Source of the DNA: Octopus sinensis
Taxonomy: Eukaryota
Direction: 5' to 3'
Assembly: GCF_006345805.1 (NCBI RefSeq)
Contig: NC_043006.1
Span: forward strand, 13,454,001-13,518,000
DNA length: 64,000 bases
The notes beneath the pieces were generated by a model. The model saw nothing but the letters and a program-made list of their open reading frames with translations. It was not told the origin of the DNA and searched no databases. Below, piece after piece: positions 47,278 through 60,987 of the stretch. A program made the position numbers and the translations under genes. Positions within the stretch are counted from its first letter, which is position 1. Each line of letters starts with the position of its first letter.

Positions 47278-49341
47278 TGACTATCGAGTAATGTAACAAA
47301 TTATTGTATAGATAAATTTCCTCTATTTACATAATATTGAGGTCTCTTTCTTTCTTTTGTTATCTTACCGTTTTACCAATATATATATATATATATAGAT
47401 ATATATATATATATATATGCGTTCTCAAAATCATTAAAAGCAAAAAGCAACGCAAACCACTGAAACGAATACAAACAGATATCGATAGGGTGACTTCCTA
47501 TTACAGCATTTACATGAATAACACAACTCAGTAGAGATGTAATGCAACACCCCAGTTGGTGTCCTGCGATATTAAAAACAAGAAGTCTTACAAGTTGTAA
47601 TTCTAGAAAGAATAACAAATTCTTTCTAGATAGAACGAAACATTGTTGGAGTATACATTATTATCAAAGAAATACTACCTTTTATAGATTTTAATGCATT
47701 CAAATATGTATATTCATTTTCGTATACTGTCATTTATGAGAGGAACCCCCGACGTACGTGTTGGCTTTTTCATTGGTAATACTTTCCCCTTTTACATAAA
47801 TATAAATCTTTTCTCAAATAAACTGCACTTCGTATTCGATGCTCCGATGAAGTTAAAAAGTGTTACTCAAGCACTCACCTATGAGTCTACGGTATCTTTT
47901 AGCAGAAACAGTCGTAAGCTAATGTAGGTCATAAGATAATCATTCATTCCTTAGTTATCTTATTCTCTTATAACCATTCTTAATAACTCCAGCAGATTCA
48001 CAGTTGTATTTTGTCTCCGGAGAACATCTCTCTTCAGACGATCTGTGTTTATAACACACTTGGTTCATTAATATAAGAGAATTTTGAGCGACTGAAGTGT
48101 TTCCATCTGGTAGTGTCTCTTTAACCAAAGCTACCCCTGCTTCAATATGTGCTGTCTCTTGTTTATAGAATTCAGCAAACAAACTATTCGCTGATGTATG
48201 TTGATCTCTGCAGAACCGATAATGAAATATTATTTGCTTGCAGAACAGCAAAACTCAAAACAAAGACATATACAAACGTTCTTAATATGTTCCAGCAGAT
48301 TCTAACATGCAAATGCAAATCACTGCTGTATTTCACTTTTGTGGAACACCTCGCTGCAGACGATAATAATTCATAACACATCGATTCTTGAAACACAGGA
48401 ACTTAAATTTTTGTTTTAAGTAAACATATCAGAAACATTGTTCGATTTTCTGTATTTGATACTTTAATAATGGAAGGCAAGGTTTACGATATCGGAGGAA
48501 TATCGTCTCCTTCCATCATCTGCTTGTTCTTTAAGTAGTTCAGGCTTCCGGCAGGCGAAGAGAAAAGACGTCAAGTATAACTGCTATTTACAAGAAAGGT
48601 GAAGTGTGCTGCTCTCAGCTACCATCTTAAGCTCCGTTAGTGTGGCCGCATTGCCTTTGGAGATAGACAGGCAGAAAGCCTCAGCCAGTGGTGGTGTTCA
48701 GCCAGTGCTGCTGTGAAGGTGGCACCAAAAAGGAGGAAGATGTGAAAAGGGTTTTCCCTGTATACAGTTTTTTTTTTCCATCGCGAGCCTCGTTGTGATC
48801 TCGCGCATGGCAAATGGATGCAGGTAAGGTCTTGCTCCAGTCTCGGAGATGGCAATGGTTGCCACGAGATCTCATTCAATATGGCGCTGGCTGCTTGTGC
48901 CACAACAATACTTTTGCTTATTTCGCTGGACTTAATTTTTTATTAACAACAACTACAGCAAATTCAGAATCCTCTCTTAAATATAAAACAAGAATTTTAT
49001 GACCTTTAAGATTTTAAAAACTTACATTGAAGCTTCAACAGTTTCACTTAAGGGCTTCTTCTTCAAAACATCCAGATAACCTTTCATTTGACAGGCTTTG
49101 AATTTATGAAAGAAACTGCTAATCCATATACTTTTTCTTAGCATTGTATTTTCTCTACATTTAATAATTTGTAATTCGTTTACAGTAGCAGTCGTGACAA
49201 TTTCTGTTTACTTTACACAATTATATGAAATAACTTTAGCATTTGATATGTGCTGAAAGCGGAGCCGTTAAGTACGTTGCAGTATAAACATATATTTACT
49301 CCCGCCCCATACACCAACGTTTCACACATAGGTACACATGA

Positions 49342-49887
<546 letters not shown>

Positions 49888-50214
49888 CACGCCGGGCAAA
49901 ATGCATAGCCGTATTTCGTCTGTCTTTACGCTCCGAGTTCAAATTCCGCCGAGGTTGACTTTGCCTTTCATCCTTTCGGGGTCGATAAATTAAGTACCAG
50001 TTACGCACTGGGATCAATGTAATCGACTTAATCCCTTTGTCTATCCTTGTTTGTCCCCTCTGTGTTTAGCCCCTTGTGGGCAGTAAAGAAATCTACCTAT
50101 CTATCTATCTCTCTATCTATCTATACCGCTAAGTGACAGGGACGTAAACATACCAGCATCGGTTGTCAAGCAATGCTAGGGGGACAAACACAGACACACA
50201 AACACATACACACA

Positions 50215-50879
50215 GAATGTATCTGGTGGACGCGTCTGAAAGGATTGGAGACAAACACTTTCCTCTCTGGTCAAGCTCTCATCAACTTCTTCAAGTACCA
50301 CTTGAAAAGGAAAGTGAGAGTAGAGAGGCAAGTTTTGTCTAGCGAACGTTTTAAAAAAAGATGGGTGAATGTAGCAAGGAATGTAGTATGAATGACGAAG
50401 CCACCTTGAGCATAATCCTATGAACCCAGAAATTGAAAACAGAGGGTTACCCACTTGCAAACAAATGTGGTAACATATAACAATATTGACCAAGGTTACC
50501 GTGGTCTTTTTCGTAGGCTTTTCTTCCCACGGATAAACCTTAATTGCTTTCCCCTTTACACCATACATCATGACACTGTGATACACGATCCCTATTGATC
50601 GTTTTTTTTTTCCTCTTCCCCTTTTTTCTTCTTTTTTCATTTCTCTTTTCTTTTGTTCCTTTTCCTTTTCTTCTTTTTTTAAATTTTTATTTTTTTATTT
50701 TTTATTTTATTTTTTTTGTTCTTTTCTTCCCTTTTACGATCCCTCTAGATCGAAAACCTACGCCAGCCCCTTTCTTTTTGTTTCTTTTGTTTTTTGGTTT
50801 TTTTCATCCCCCAAAAGAAAAGCTCTACCTTGTAACTTGTCCCATCTGTGTACAGCCCTGTGTGGCCAATAAAGAAACT

Positions 50880-50880
<1 letters not shown>
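50215..50880 (+). mobile_element. Probable Tx1/L1-like LINE 3' end
   Basis: IWWTRLKG..LINFFKYHLKRKVRVERQVLSSERFKKRWV resembles a Tx1/L1 ORF2 C-terminus; T-rich UTR, AATAAA, then (TATC)n. Confidence 0.55.
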
Positions 50881-50911
<31 letters not shown>

Positions 50912-50944
50912 TATTATCTATCTATCTATCTTTATATCTATCTA

Positions 50945-50975
<31 letters not shown>

Positions 50976-51064
50976 CTATCTATCTATCAATCTGTCTATC
51001 TATCTATCTATCTATCTATATTTATATCTATCTATCTATATATCTATCTATCTATCTATATTTA

Positions 51065-51095
<31 letters not shown>

Positions 51096-51100
51096 ATTTA

Positions 51101-51135
<35 letters not shown>

Positions 51136-51140
51136 ATTTA

Positions 51141-51237
<97 letters not shown>

Positions 51238-51239
51238 GA

Positions 51240-51500
51240 CGTGCTCTCTTTGCATTTCATTCTTGTCCGTTTCACCTATAGCACAATAAGATTTGTGGAA
51301 TTCAGCTTTGACTGCAGTAATCTTCTTACTCCCCACTGGTAATTTGTTTCATTTCTTCATTTTTATCTCATCTGCTCCTAGTATTCCCAAGTACTTACAT
51401 CACTGTCTTTTCTCAACCGCTCTCATTGTTTGCCCGTTTGTCATTTCAATTCTCCGGCAACTTTCAAATCTTCTTAATTTCATTTTCAATATGGCGCATT
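51240..51500 (-). mobile_element. R4/Dong-like RT remnant
   Basis: KCAILKMK..NGQTMRAVE..KYLGILGADEIK..LQSKLNSTNLI.AI (degenerate, frameshifted). Confidence 0.6.
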
Positions 51501-51948
51501 TTCCCAACCTACGTCATTTGAGAAAATGCGGATAGTGTGTACAAGACTTTCAAGCTGTTTCTCATTTTACGCATGAAAAGGAGATACATTTAGCTGACCA
51601 TTTCCTTTTCCCAAATCGTAAGCAATTTTAACACTTCGTAGTATCGTAGTGAGTGGTGTCATGACCAATATAAATAGTAATGGAGATAAGCTATCACCTT
51701 GGAATTTTCTACGTCTTACGTGTACTTTTCCGAGTTTCTGTTTTCAAGGCGGTGAGGTGACAGAATCGTTAGCATGCGTAGGAGTGGTTGTGTGGTAAGT
51801 AGGCTAGGTGCAGGAGTGGCTGTGTGGTAAACAGCTTGCTTACCAACCACATGGTTCCGGGTTCATTCCCACTGATTCTACTGTAGCCTCTGGCCGATCA
51901 AAACCTTGTGAGTGGATTTGGTAGATGGAAACTGAAGGAAGCCTGTCG

Positions 51949-51991
<43 letters not shown>

Positions 51992-53697
51992 TTGTGTGCC
52001 TGTGTTTGTCCCCCCACCATCGCTTGACAACTGTTGCTGGTGTGTTTACGTCCCCGTAACGTAGCGGTTCGGCAAAAGAGACCGATAGAATAAGTACTAG
52101 GCTTACAAAGAATAAGTCCTGGGAGGTCAATTCGATCGACTAAAGGCGGTGCTCCAGCATGGCCGCAGTCAAATGACAGAAACAAGTAAAAGAGTAAAAG
52201 AGCATGCCAGACAAAATGCTTACCGGTATTTTGTCCGTCTTTACGTTCTGAGTTCAATTTCTGCCGGGGTCGACTTTGCGGGTTATCCTTTCGGAGTCGA
52301 TAAAATAAACACCAGTTGAGCACTGGGATCGATCTAATCGACTTACCCCACCTTCGAAATTGTTGGCCGTGTGCCAAAATTTGGATCCATTGCTATTATC
52401 ATTATCATTAAAATAACAGGTGCACATCAATTGCATTGTAAAATAGCCATTTTAGCTATCGTATGTGTGTATACATATATACACACATACAGTGGAGGCG
52501 CAATGGCCCAGTGGTTAGGGCAGCGGACTCGCGGTCATAGGATCGCGGTTTCGACTCCCAGACCGGGCGTTGTGAGTGTTTATTGAGCGAAAACACCTAA
52601 AAGCTCCACGAGGCTCCGGCAGGGGATGGTGGTGATCCCTGCTGTACTCTTTCACCACAACTTTCTCTCACTCTTACTTCCTGTTTCTGTTGTACATGTA
52701 CTTCAAAGGGCCGGCCTTGTCACTCTCTGTGTCACGCTGAATATCCCCGAGAACTACGTTAAGGGTGCACGCGTCTGTGGAGTGCTCAGCCACTTACACG
52801 TTAATTTCACGAGCAGGCTGTTCCGTTGATTCAGATCAACCGGAACCCTCATCGCCGTAACCGACGGAGTGCTTCCAATGAATGACTTCATCTGAGATTG
52901 CCTGTTGAAGCAGAAACAACGTCGTTGAGGTGTCGTATTGGCCATTAAATGTATGCACAAAATTCTTAAAAATAACTTTTCAGTTATTTCTTGAGACTAC
53001 GAAATGTTTGTCACAATCAGAGGTTAGGTCTCAGTCGAAATCCACTACAACTGTTTGAAAGTTAGTAAAAGGTCAGGTCTTAACGGCCTCATTATCTTCA
53101 CCTTCCTTTCTGTTGCATATTTTGGTCTACCCTTTTATTTTGATTAACTTTGATTTCTTGACATTTTTAATCTCCAGGTTCCATTCACTTGTCTGATAAT
53201 CTTTGCATATAGCATTTTCATGTTACCATATAATTTTCTTTCTTTTTTCTCATTCTTTCTCTTCTTGAAGGTAGATTTTAAATGTATTCTCAATCCATTC
53301 GCAGTGTATAAGCATAACTTATTCTGGTGCATTGCTCTTTTGTAGCACAAGTCGGACAGGAATTAAGTTACTTCCATGTGAATTAAATTTTATTATAAAT
53401 GTGACGGTATAAAGAAGGCGGCGAGATGGCAGAAACGTTAGCACGCCGGGCGAAATGCGTAGCCGTATTTCGTCTGTCGTTACGTTCTGAGTTCAAATTC
53501 CGCCGAGGTCGACTTTGCCTTTCATCCTTTCGGGGTCGATAAATTAAGTACCATTTACGCACTGGGGTCGATGTAATCGACTTAATACCTATGTCTGTCC
53601 TTGTTTGTCCCCTTTGTCTTTAGCCCCTTGTGGGTAATAAAGAAATAGGTATAAAAAAGGGAGACATATTTTATTAAATAATATCTATAAATTCATA

Positions 53698-54988
53698 CGA
53701 GGGGCGTTCAATAAGTAATGCCCCTGACCCACTTCCCATAGCAGTAGAGCAACGAAACTTGGCACAGTTATTAGTCTTTTTCTACATAGGAACCACCCAG
53801 AGTTACGCATTTCTCCCATCGTTTGATGCGGCTCTGGAGACCGTTTTTGTAGAAGAACCCAGCTTGGTCCTCCAACCTCAACGTGACTTCAGAAATCAAG
53901 GCTGCATCATCTGGGAAACGCTTTCCTTTCAAAAACAACTTCATGATTGGGAAGAGGTGAAAATCAGAGGGTGCAAGGTCAGGAAAGTAGGAGGGATGGG
54001 GAGGAGTTCATAGCCATACGCCTGTGCTTCTGATCTGGCGACAAGCGAGTTGTGGACCGGAGCGTTGTCCTGCAGGAGGAGGATGCCTTTGCTGATCTTG
54101 CCCCGCCTCTTGATTTTGATAACTTCTCTTAATTTCCTCAAAAGTGAAGCATAATAGACTCCTGTAATTGTGGCACCCTTTGCCAGGAAATCTGTCATCA
54201 CTACTCCGTCCTGGTCCCAGAAGACTGTGAGCATGACCTTGCCAGCGGAGGGCTGCACCACTGCCTTCTTTGGAGGGGGTGAGTCACGGTGCTTCCACTG
54301 CATTGACTGGGCTTTGGTCTCTGGATCATCGTGATGGACCAGGTTTCATCCTGTGTAATCAGTCTTTTGAAAAATTTTGACTCATCTTCTTGGCACATCT
54401 CCAAATTCACCCTCGAGCACTCGACGCGTTCTTGCTTCTGGAAAGGCGTGAGCAAATGGGAAACCATCTGGCAGACACTTTTGCATATGTAAATGGTCAT
54501 GAATGATAGTTTCCACAGACCCGGTACTAATCTTGACCTCATGGGCTATTTGGCGAATAATTATGCGTCGATCTTCCAAAATGGCAGCCTCAACTTGACG
54601 GACAGATGCCTCATCAATGGTAGAAGGGGGCGACGACCAGATCTGGGAGCTGTTTCCACAGAGTTCCGACCATGTTTGAATTCACGATGCCAGCGTTTTA
54701 CAAGGTCATATGATGGGGCATCGTCACCATAAGTTACTTTCATTTCATCAAAAGTCTCCCGTGGTGTGCGTCCTTTCAAATACAAAAACCGGATCATTGC
54801 TCGACACTCAACAGGCTCCATTTCACACTTGACTCGGTTCAAACACCTGTAAATCAGAAACCACAATTAATTCAGGGCTGTAATTTGCCACTTACTCTAT
54901 AGAGATATAAACGATTGCACATGCAAAATTTCAGCTAGATCAAACAACTGCAAGTGGGTCAGAGGCATTACTTATTGAACGTCCCTCG
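53698..54988 (-). mobile_element. Second full-length mariner of the same family, inactive
   Basis: 1291 bp; TA TSDs; same TIRs; ITQDETW, QDNAPVH; frameshifts. Confidence 0.95.
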
Positions 54989-55160
54989 TATGTATCTATT
55001 TCTTTAAACTTAAAGATGTATATACACATGCATATATATATATCACTGTGATCAACATGACCGACCAGGCAATCAAATGTTGCTACACAACGCCGGTCAC
55101 AGTGCGCTTCGCATTTTTTTAGCCTTCAAATGACGCCACCCCCCTGGCTAAGCGAACAGG

Positions 55161-55196
<36 letters not shown>

Positions 55197-55199
<3 letters not shown>

Positions 55200-55677
55200 G
55201 CCTTAATGTACTGATATATGAATAATATATGGCTTGTGCTAGAAATACCAGCGATAATAATTAATTTTATTTTATCGCAATTTGTTTACATATTTCTCGA
55301 TAAATTTTGAGCGTTAGAACAATATACCAGAAATCCCTAGTTTTGTCGGGCGTTCTGAGTCTGCGCAGTGATCTGATTAGTTAGAGAGAACAAATCATTA
55401 GAAGCACATGCTTCTAGTGAGTTAGGATCTCAGAACAACAGGGCTCTTACCGATGAATTCTCCTGAGCAAATAAATTATCGTTATTGCTGAAAAGAACGA
55501 ACGAAACTGCAGTCTAAGAGGAACCGAGTTAGTAAATGTTTTTATTTTCATTTCACTAAATTTATCTAGCTTGTGTGTTTCTAGCACATATTTCGCCTTA
55601 ATGTACTGATATATGAATAATATATGGCTTGTGCTAGAATACCAGCGATAATAATTAATTTTATTTATCGCAATTTG
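55197..55677 (+). mobile_element. Hammerhead-containing 395-nt unit with ~87-bp terminal direct repeat, between (TA)n tracts
   Basis: 55197-55284 repeats at 55592-55677; hammerhead at 55444-55520; no ORF. Confidence 0.75.
55444..55520 (+). ncRNA. Type I hammerhead ribozyme motif (U4C core, GUC site)
   Basis: Helix I CTCTTA/TAAGAG; CCGATGA; long helix II (TTC/GAA base, inner AGCAAATAA/TTATTGCT); GAAA; palindromic ACTGCAGT; cleavage after C55514. Confidence 0.8.
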
Positions 55678-55679
55678 AC

Positions 55680-55750
<71 letters not shown>

Positions 55751-55905
55751 TGTATACATACACACACACACACATGTACTCTCACTTATGTATACATACA
55801 CGAACGCCGAATGGGGTATGTTTAACTTCAAAACTAGTTATCACGAAGAAAAAGAAGTGAAAAAAAGAAAGGGAACGAAAAGGAATGATAACAATACATA
55901 GGCGT

Positions 55906-55997
<92 letters not shown>

Positions 55998-56274
55998 ATA
56001 CAAAGTTGTAAACAGAAAGAGTAAAGGTAATGATGTCTAATGTCAAATGGTCAACATAAATCCAACAGTTCCGTATTCAACAACAAAGAAGAAGAAAAGA
56101 GAAAACGATAACCAGAAACCTAAAACATCTGCAGTCTTGAATATTAAATCGTAGTTCTGGCATTTTTAAATAACACGAACCAACATACAATATACGAAAA
56201 AAAAATAGTCAACATTCTAAATGCGCTGGTCTATTCATTCAATATTACTTACATTTTAGCTTTAATGCACATGG

Positions 56275-57600
56275 GTGCAGCTGGCAGAGTCGTTAGCGCA
56301 CCGGGCGAAATGCTTAGCGGTATTTCGTCTATCGTTACGTTCTGTGTTCAAATTCCGCCGAGGTCGACTTTGCCTTTCATCCTTTCGGGATCGATAAATA
56401 AAGTGCCAGTTTTTCACTGGGGTCGATATAATCGACTTAATCCATCTGTCTGTCCTTGTTTGTCCCCTCTGTATTTAGCCCCTTGTGGGTAGTAAAGAAA
56501 TAGGTATTTCGTCTGTCGTTACGTTCTGAGTTCAAATTCCGCCGAGGTCGACTTTGCCTTTCATCCTTTCGGGATCGATAAATAAAGTGCCAGTTTTTCA
56601 CTGGGGTCGATATAATCGACTTAATCCATCTGTCTGTCCTTGTTTGTCCCCTCTGTGTTTAGCCCCTTGTGGGGAGTAAAGACATAGGTATTTCGTCTAT
56701 CGTTACGTTCTGAGTTCAAATTCCGCCGAGGTCAACTTTGCCTTTCATCCTTTCGGGATCGATAAATAAAGTACCAGTTACGCACTGGGGTCGATGTAAT
56801 CGACTTAATCCCTTTGTCTGTCCTTGTTTGTCCCCTCTGTGTTTAGCCCCTTGTAGGTAGTAAAGAAATAGGTATTTCGTCTATCGTTACGTTCTGAGTT
56901 CAAATTCCGCCGAGGTCAACTTTGCCTTTCATCCTTTCGGGATCGATAAATAAAGTACCAGTTACGCACTGGGGTCGATGTAATCGACTTAATCCCTTTG
57001 TCTGTCCTTGTTTGTCCCCTCTGTGTTTAGCCCCTTGTAGGTAGTAAAGAAATAGGTATTTCGTCTATCGTTACGTTCTGAGTTCAAATTCTGCCGAGGT
57101 CGACTTTGCCTTTCATCCTTTCGGGATCGATAAATAAAGGATAAGTTTCGCACTAGGGTCGATATAATCGACTTAATCCATCTGTCTGTCCTTGTTTGTC
57201 CCCTCTGTGTTTAGCCCCATGTGGGTAATAAAGAAATAGGTATTTCGTCTGTCGTTACGTTCTGAGTTCAAATTCCGCCGAGGTCAACTTTGCCTTTCAT
57301 CCTTTCGGGATCGATAAATAAAGTACCAGTTACGCACTGGGATCGATGTAATCGACTTAATCCCTTTGTCTGTCCTTGTTTGTCCCCTCTGTGTTTAGCC
57401 CCATGTGGGTAATAAAGAAATAGGTATTTCGTCTGTCGTTACGTTCTGAGTTCAAATTCCGCCGAGGTCAACTTTGCCTTTCATCCTTTCGGGATCGATA
57501 AATAAAGTACCAGTTACGCACTGGGGTCGATGTAATCGACTTAATCCCTTTGTCTGTCCTTGCTTGTCCCTTCTGGTTTCAGCCCCTTGTGGGTAGAAAA
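56275..57600 (+). repeat. SINE A tandem array (7 units, exact 184-bp period)
   Basis: GGTATTTCGTCT at 56319, 56503, 56687, 56871, 57055, 57239 and 57423; one head. Confidence 0.92.
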
Positions 57601-58757
57601 TAAATATTTATAATCAGCGAAATGACTGGAGTTTGCGATGTCGGCTTGACGGTACTCTACATTAATTTCTCCCTCTGCATATATATCGCAGGCTCGAGAT
57701 TTGTGGAGGCACATGGCCTAGTGGCTAGAGCAGTGGACTCGCGATCGAGGGATCGCGGGTTCGAATCTCAGACCGGGCGATGAGCGTGTTTATGAGCGAA
57801 ACACCTAAGCTCCACGTGAATCTGGCAGAAGGTAATGGCGAATTCTGCCGACTCTTTCGCCACAAGATGCAGGAGGAAAGAGTGAAAGAAAATCGTGGCG
57901 AAAGAGTCAGCAGAAGTTCGCCATTACCTTCTGCCAGAGCCACGTGGAGAATAATGTTAATAAGCATGGTAACATTTTTTATTTTCTCTGCTACAAAGAA
58001 ATTGCATTTTAGTGTTACTCTCATTGTGAGCTTTCACATTCACGCTTCATTCCACTTCATGGTAACTCGTTATGCCATTGAATGGTATGAGGAGGTTCCA
58101 CAAATCCAGCGTTCCAGGTACAGGATCCTTGCAATGGTTACATGGTGGTGTATTTGATGTTACAAGATATAATGTGAGAGTAACGACTGTATGAGTGCAT
58201 GTTTGTTGCGTGTTTGTTTCAGTTGTTGCGTGCAATGCTGGAAGCGATATTTTTTAAGCACGAGTGGATAACTTCGATGTTATGAGAGTTAAACGATTTA
58301 TAATAACTATTGTGTTCTAGGGAAGTGGTTTTTAATCAGCGACCTCAACCACGCCATTGCTTTCATTAGATATGTCGAACAGCGAGGTACCTTCTTATTG
58401 CTAAATTACCGCGATCTAAATAATGGCAGCTTCAACATTTTGTCTTCTCTATCACGTGTAATATTCAGTGTAAGCGTAACACTGAAATGTCGCTGAAATA
58501 TCACACTTTGCAGAATGCTGACTAAATGATAGCAACTTCCTGTCTCCTCCGCCACGTGGAGCTTCCAGTAAAAGAACTGAGTTGGCTATGATAGCCAAAA
58601 ACAAAGTCAAAAAACGAACTGATCAGTGGAGACCTAAATACTATTATCTAGAATCCATTTTAAATTCTCTTCATTTAAACTCCTACCTGCTGAGGTAGAT
58701 TTGTTCTGCACCGACGGATCTTAAGTAATGTGTAACTGAAACAAGCTATTGTTTAAT

Positions 58758-58798
<41 letters not shown>

Positions 58799-58946
58799 AC
58801 ACATGTACGTGAATGCATGTATATATGTAAAAATGTATACCTGCACACAGGCACACGCTTATATACAAGCAAGCATACATATATATATATCATGTGAATG
58901 CGATGGAAGCGTTCACACATGTGTCGAGTGTACTTGGTAAAAAGAA

Positions 58947-58989
<43 letters not shown>

Positions 58990-59138
58990 TGGAGTGTTTG
59001 TGTGTGTGTGTGTGCTTGTATATATGTGTGCATATGTATCATTGTATGCTTTCTATGTAATAAATAAAAAGATTAAAAATTTTAAAAGCTTTGGACATTT
59101 TTATTTGGTTTCCAATTTTTCTTGACAGTAAATACACT

Positions 59139-59171
<33 letters not shown>

Positions 59172-60714
59172 CGCAAACACCACAGAGCACACATGAGTAT
59201 AAACAGACATACGGTAAAACGTTTGACTTGACAATGTTTAGCTTTCATAGTAAACAAGTAAACAAGAATTAACTCTTACAAAACGGAAAAAGTAAAGCAA
59301 TCAAATTTGAAAAAAAGCCATGACGAGGTCACAGATGTGTAACAAAAGCGTGCTGAGATGAAATTTTTTGAAAATCTGTTATGGCAATGGAAAGATATGA
59401 TGTAAGAGTGTGGCGGGTATTCAAGAAAATTGAATTAACTATCGATCTAAACAAACACATCGCAAACAAATAAAATATGAAATAATGGTAAACATAACCG
59501 GGTAGAGACGAGAGTCGTTGGAATACCAAACACTTTATTATTAGAAACAAACATGAAATTTCAGCGAAATAAAAAAACTGAGACCGACAAAATTTTCTGA
59601 AACTTTTAAAAGCATCTATCTTTTTGCTTCCCACAGGAGACTCTCTGCGACTACACAGGCATGTATATAAAATACACATAGATACATACATGCATGCTCA
59701 CACGTGAACGCTCACCGCCCCAGATATAGAACTATATATACCAACATGTGGAGGCGCAATGGCCCAGTGGTTAGGGCAGCAGACTCGCGGTCGTAGCATC
59801 GCGGTTTCGATTCCCAGACCGGGCGTTGTGTGTGTTTATTGAGCGAAAACACCTAAAAAATTCCACGAGGCTCCGACAGGGGGTGGTGGCGATCCCTGCT
59901 GTACTCTTTCGCCACAACTTTCTCTCACTGTTACTTCTTGTTGGCCTGCTCGCTTAGCCAGCGGAGTGGCGTCATTTGAAGGCTAAAACAATGCGAAGCG
60001 CATTGTGACCAGCGATGTGTGGCAACATCTGATAGACTGGCTGGTCACGTTGATCACGGTGATATACAAAAATAAATATACACACAAGCAGTAAAATGAC
60101 TTGGTAAAATTTGACAGTAGAATATGAAAAAAACTTATGTGATGAGAGCAGTGATATGAAACGAAAATATGTAAACAAAACAAATAAAATGAACAACAGA
60201 AGATTGTAAAACAGGGAAGTAACAGAACGGATGTTTTGAATTTGACAGTTCCTTGAGGTACAAAAAACCAACTCTGTATATGTACGTATATACACCATAC
60301 AGTGGTTCCCACCCTGTGATCCGCGGACCTCTCATAGTCTGCAAAGGTAGTACTGGGGGTCCGTGAACTAAATTCAAAATATCAATATATATATACATAC
60401 ATATACATACATATATATATATTATATATAATAATATTATATATATATTAAAGCCTGTCGTATATATGTATATATATATGTGTGTGTGTGTTGTGTTTGT
60501 GGTCTGTGTTTGTCCCCCTAGCATTGCTTGACAACCGATGCTGGGGTGTTTACGTCCCCGTCACTTAGCGGTTCGGCAAAAGAACCGATAGAATAAGTAC
60601 TGGGCTTACAAAGAATAAGTCCCGGGGTCGATTTGCTCGACTAAAGGCGGGCTCCAGCATGGCCGCAGTCAAATGACTGAAACAAGTAAAAGAGTAAAAG
60701 ATATATATATATAT

Positions 60715-60753
<39 letters not shown>

Positions 60754-60987
60754 TAAGTGTAGAAATTGATATTAATCAATTAAAACCAGTGGCCTAGCAA
60801 TTTTTTTTTTTAAATCCGAAGATTAAAAATTTTTTTACATACAAAATTTATAGGACTGACCACTAAAAGTGGACAGTCTATATGCTAGATATAGACGTCA
60901 AAATCGCTATTTTCCACGAAGAATGTGTTCTCAAGAAAAAACCAAAGCGTAAAAATAAGCAAGACAAACGATATAAAAAACGATTAC

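Noticed and set aside
57960-58240. Possible exon in either orientation (VTRYAIEWYEEVPQIQRSR / PPCNHCKDPVPGTLDLW)
   Set aside because: No recognisable homology, no phase-compatible partner exons, and a length expected by chance
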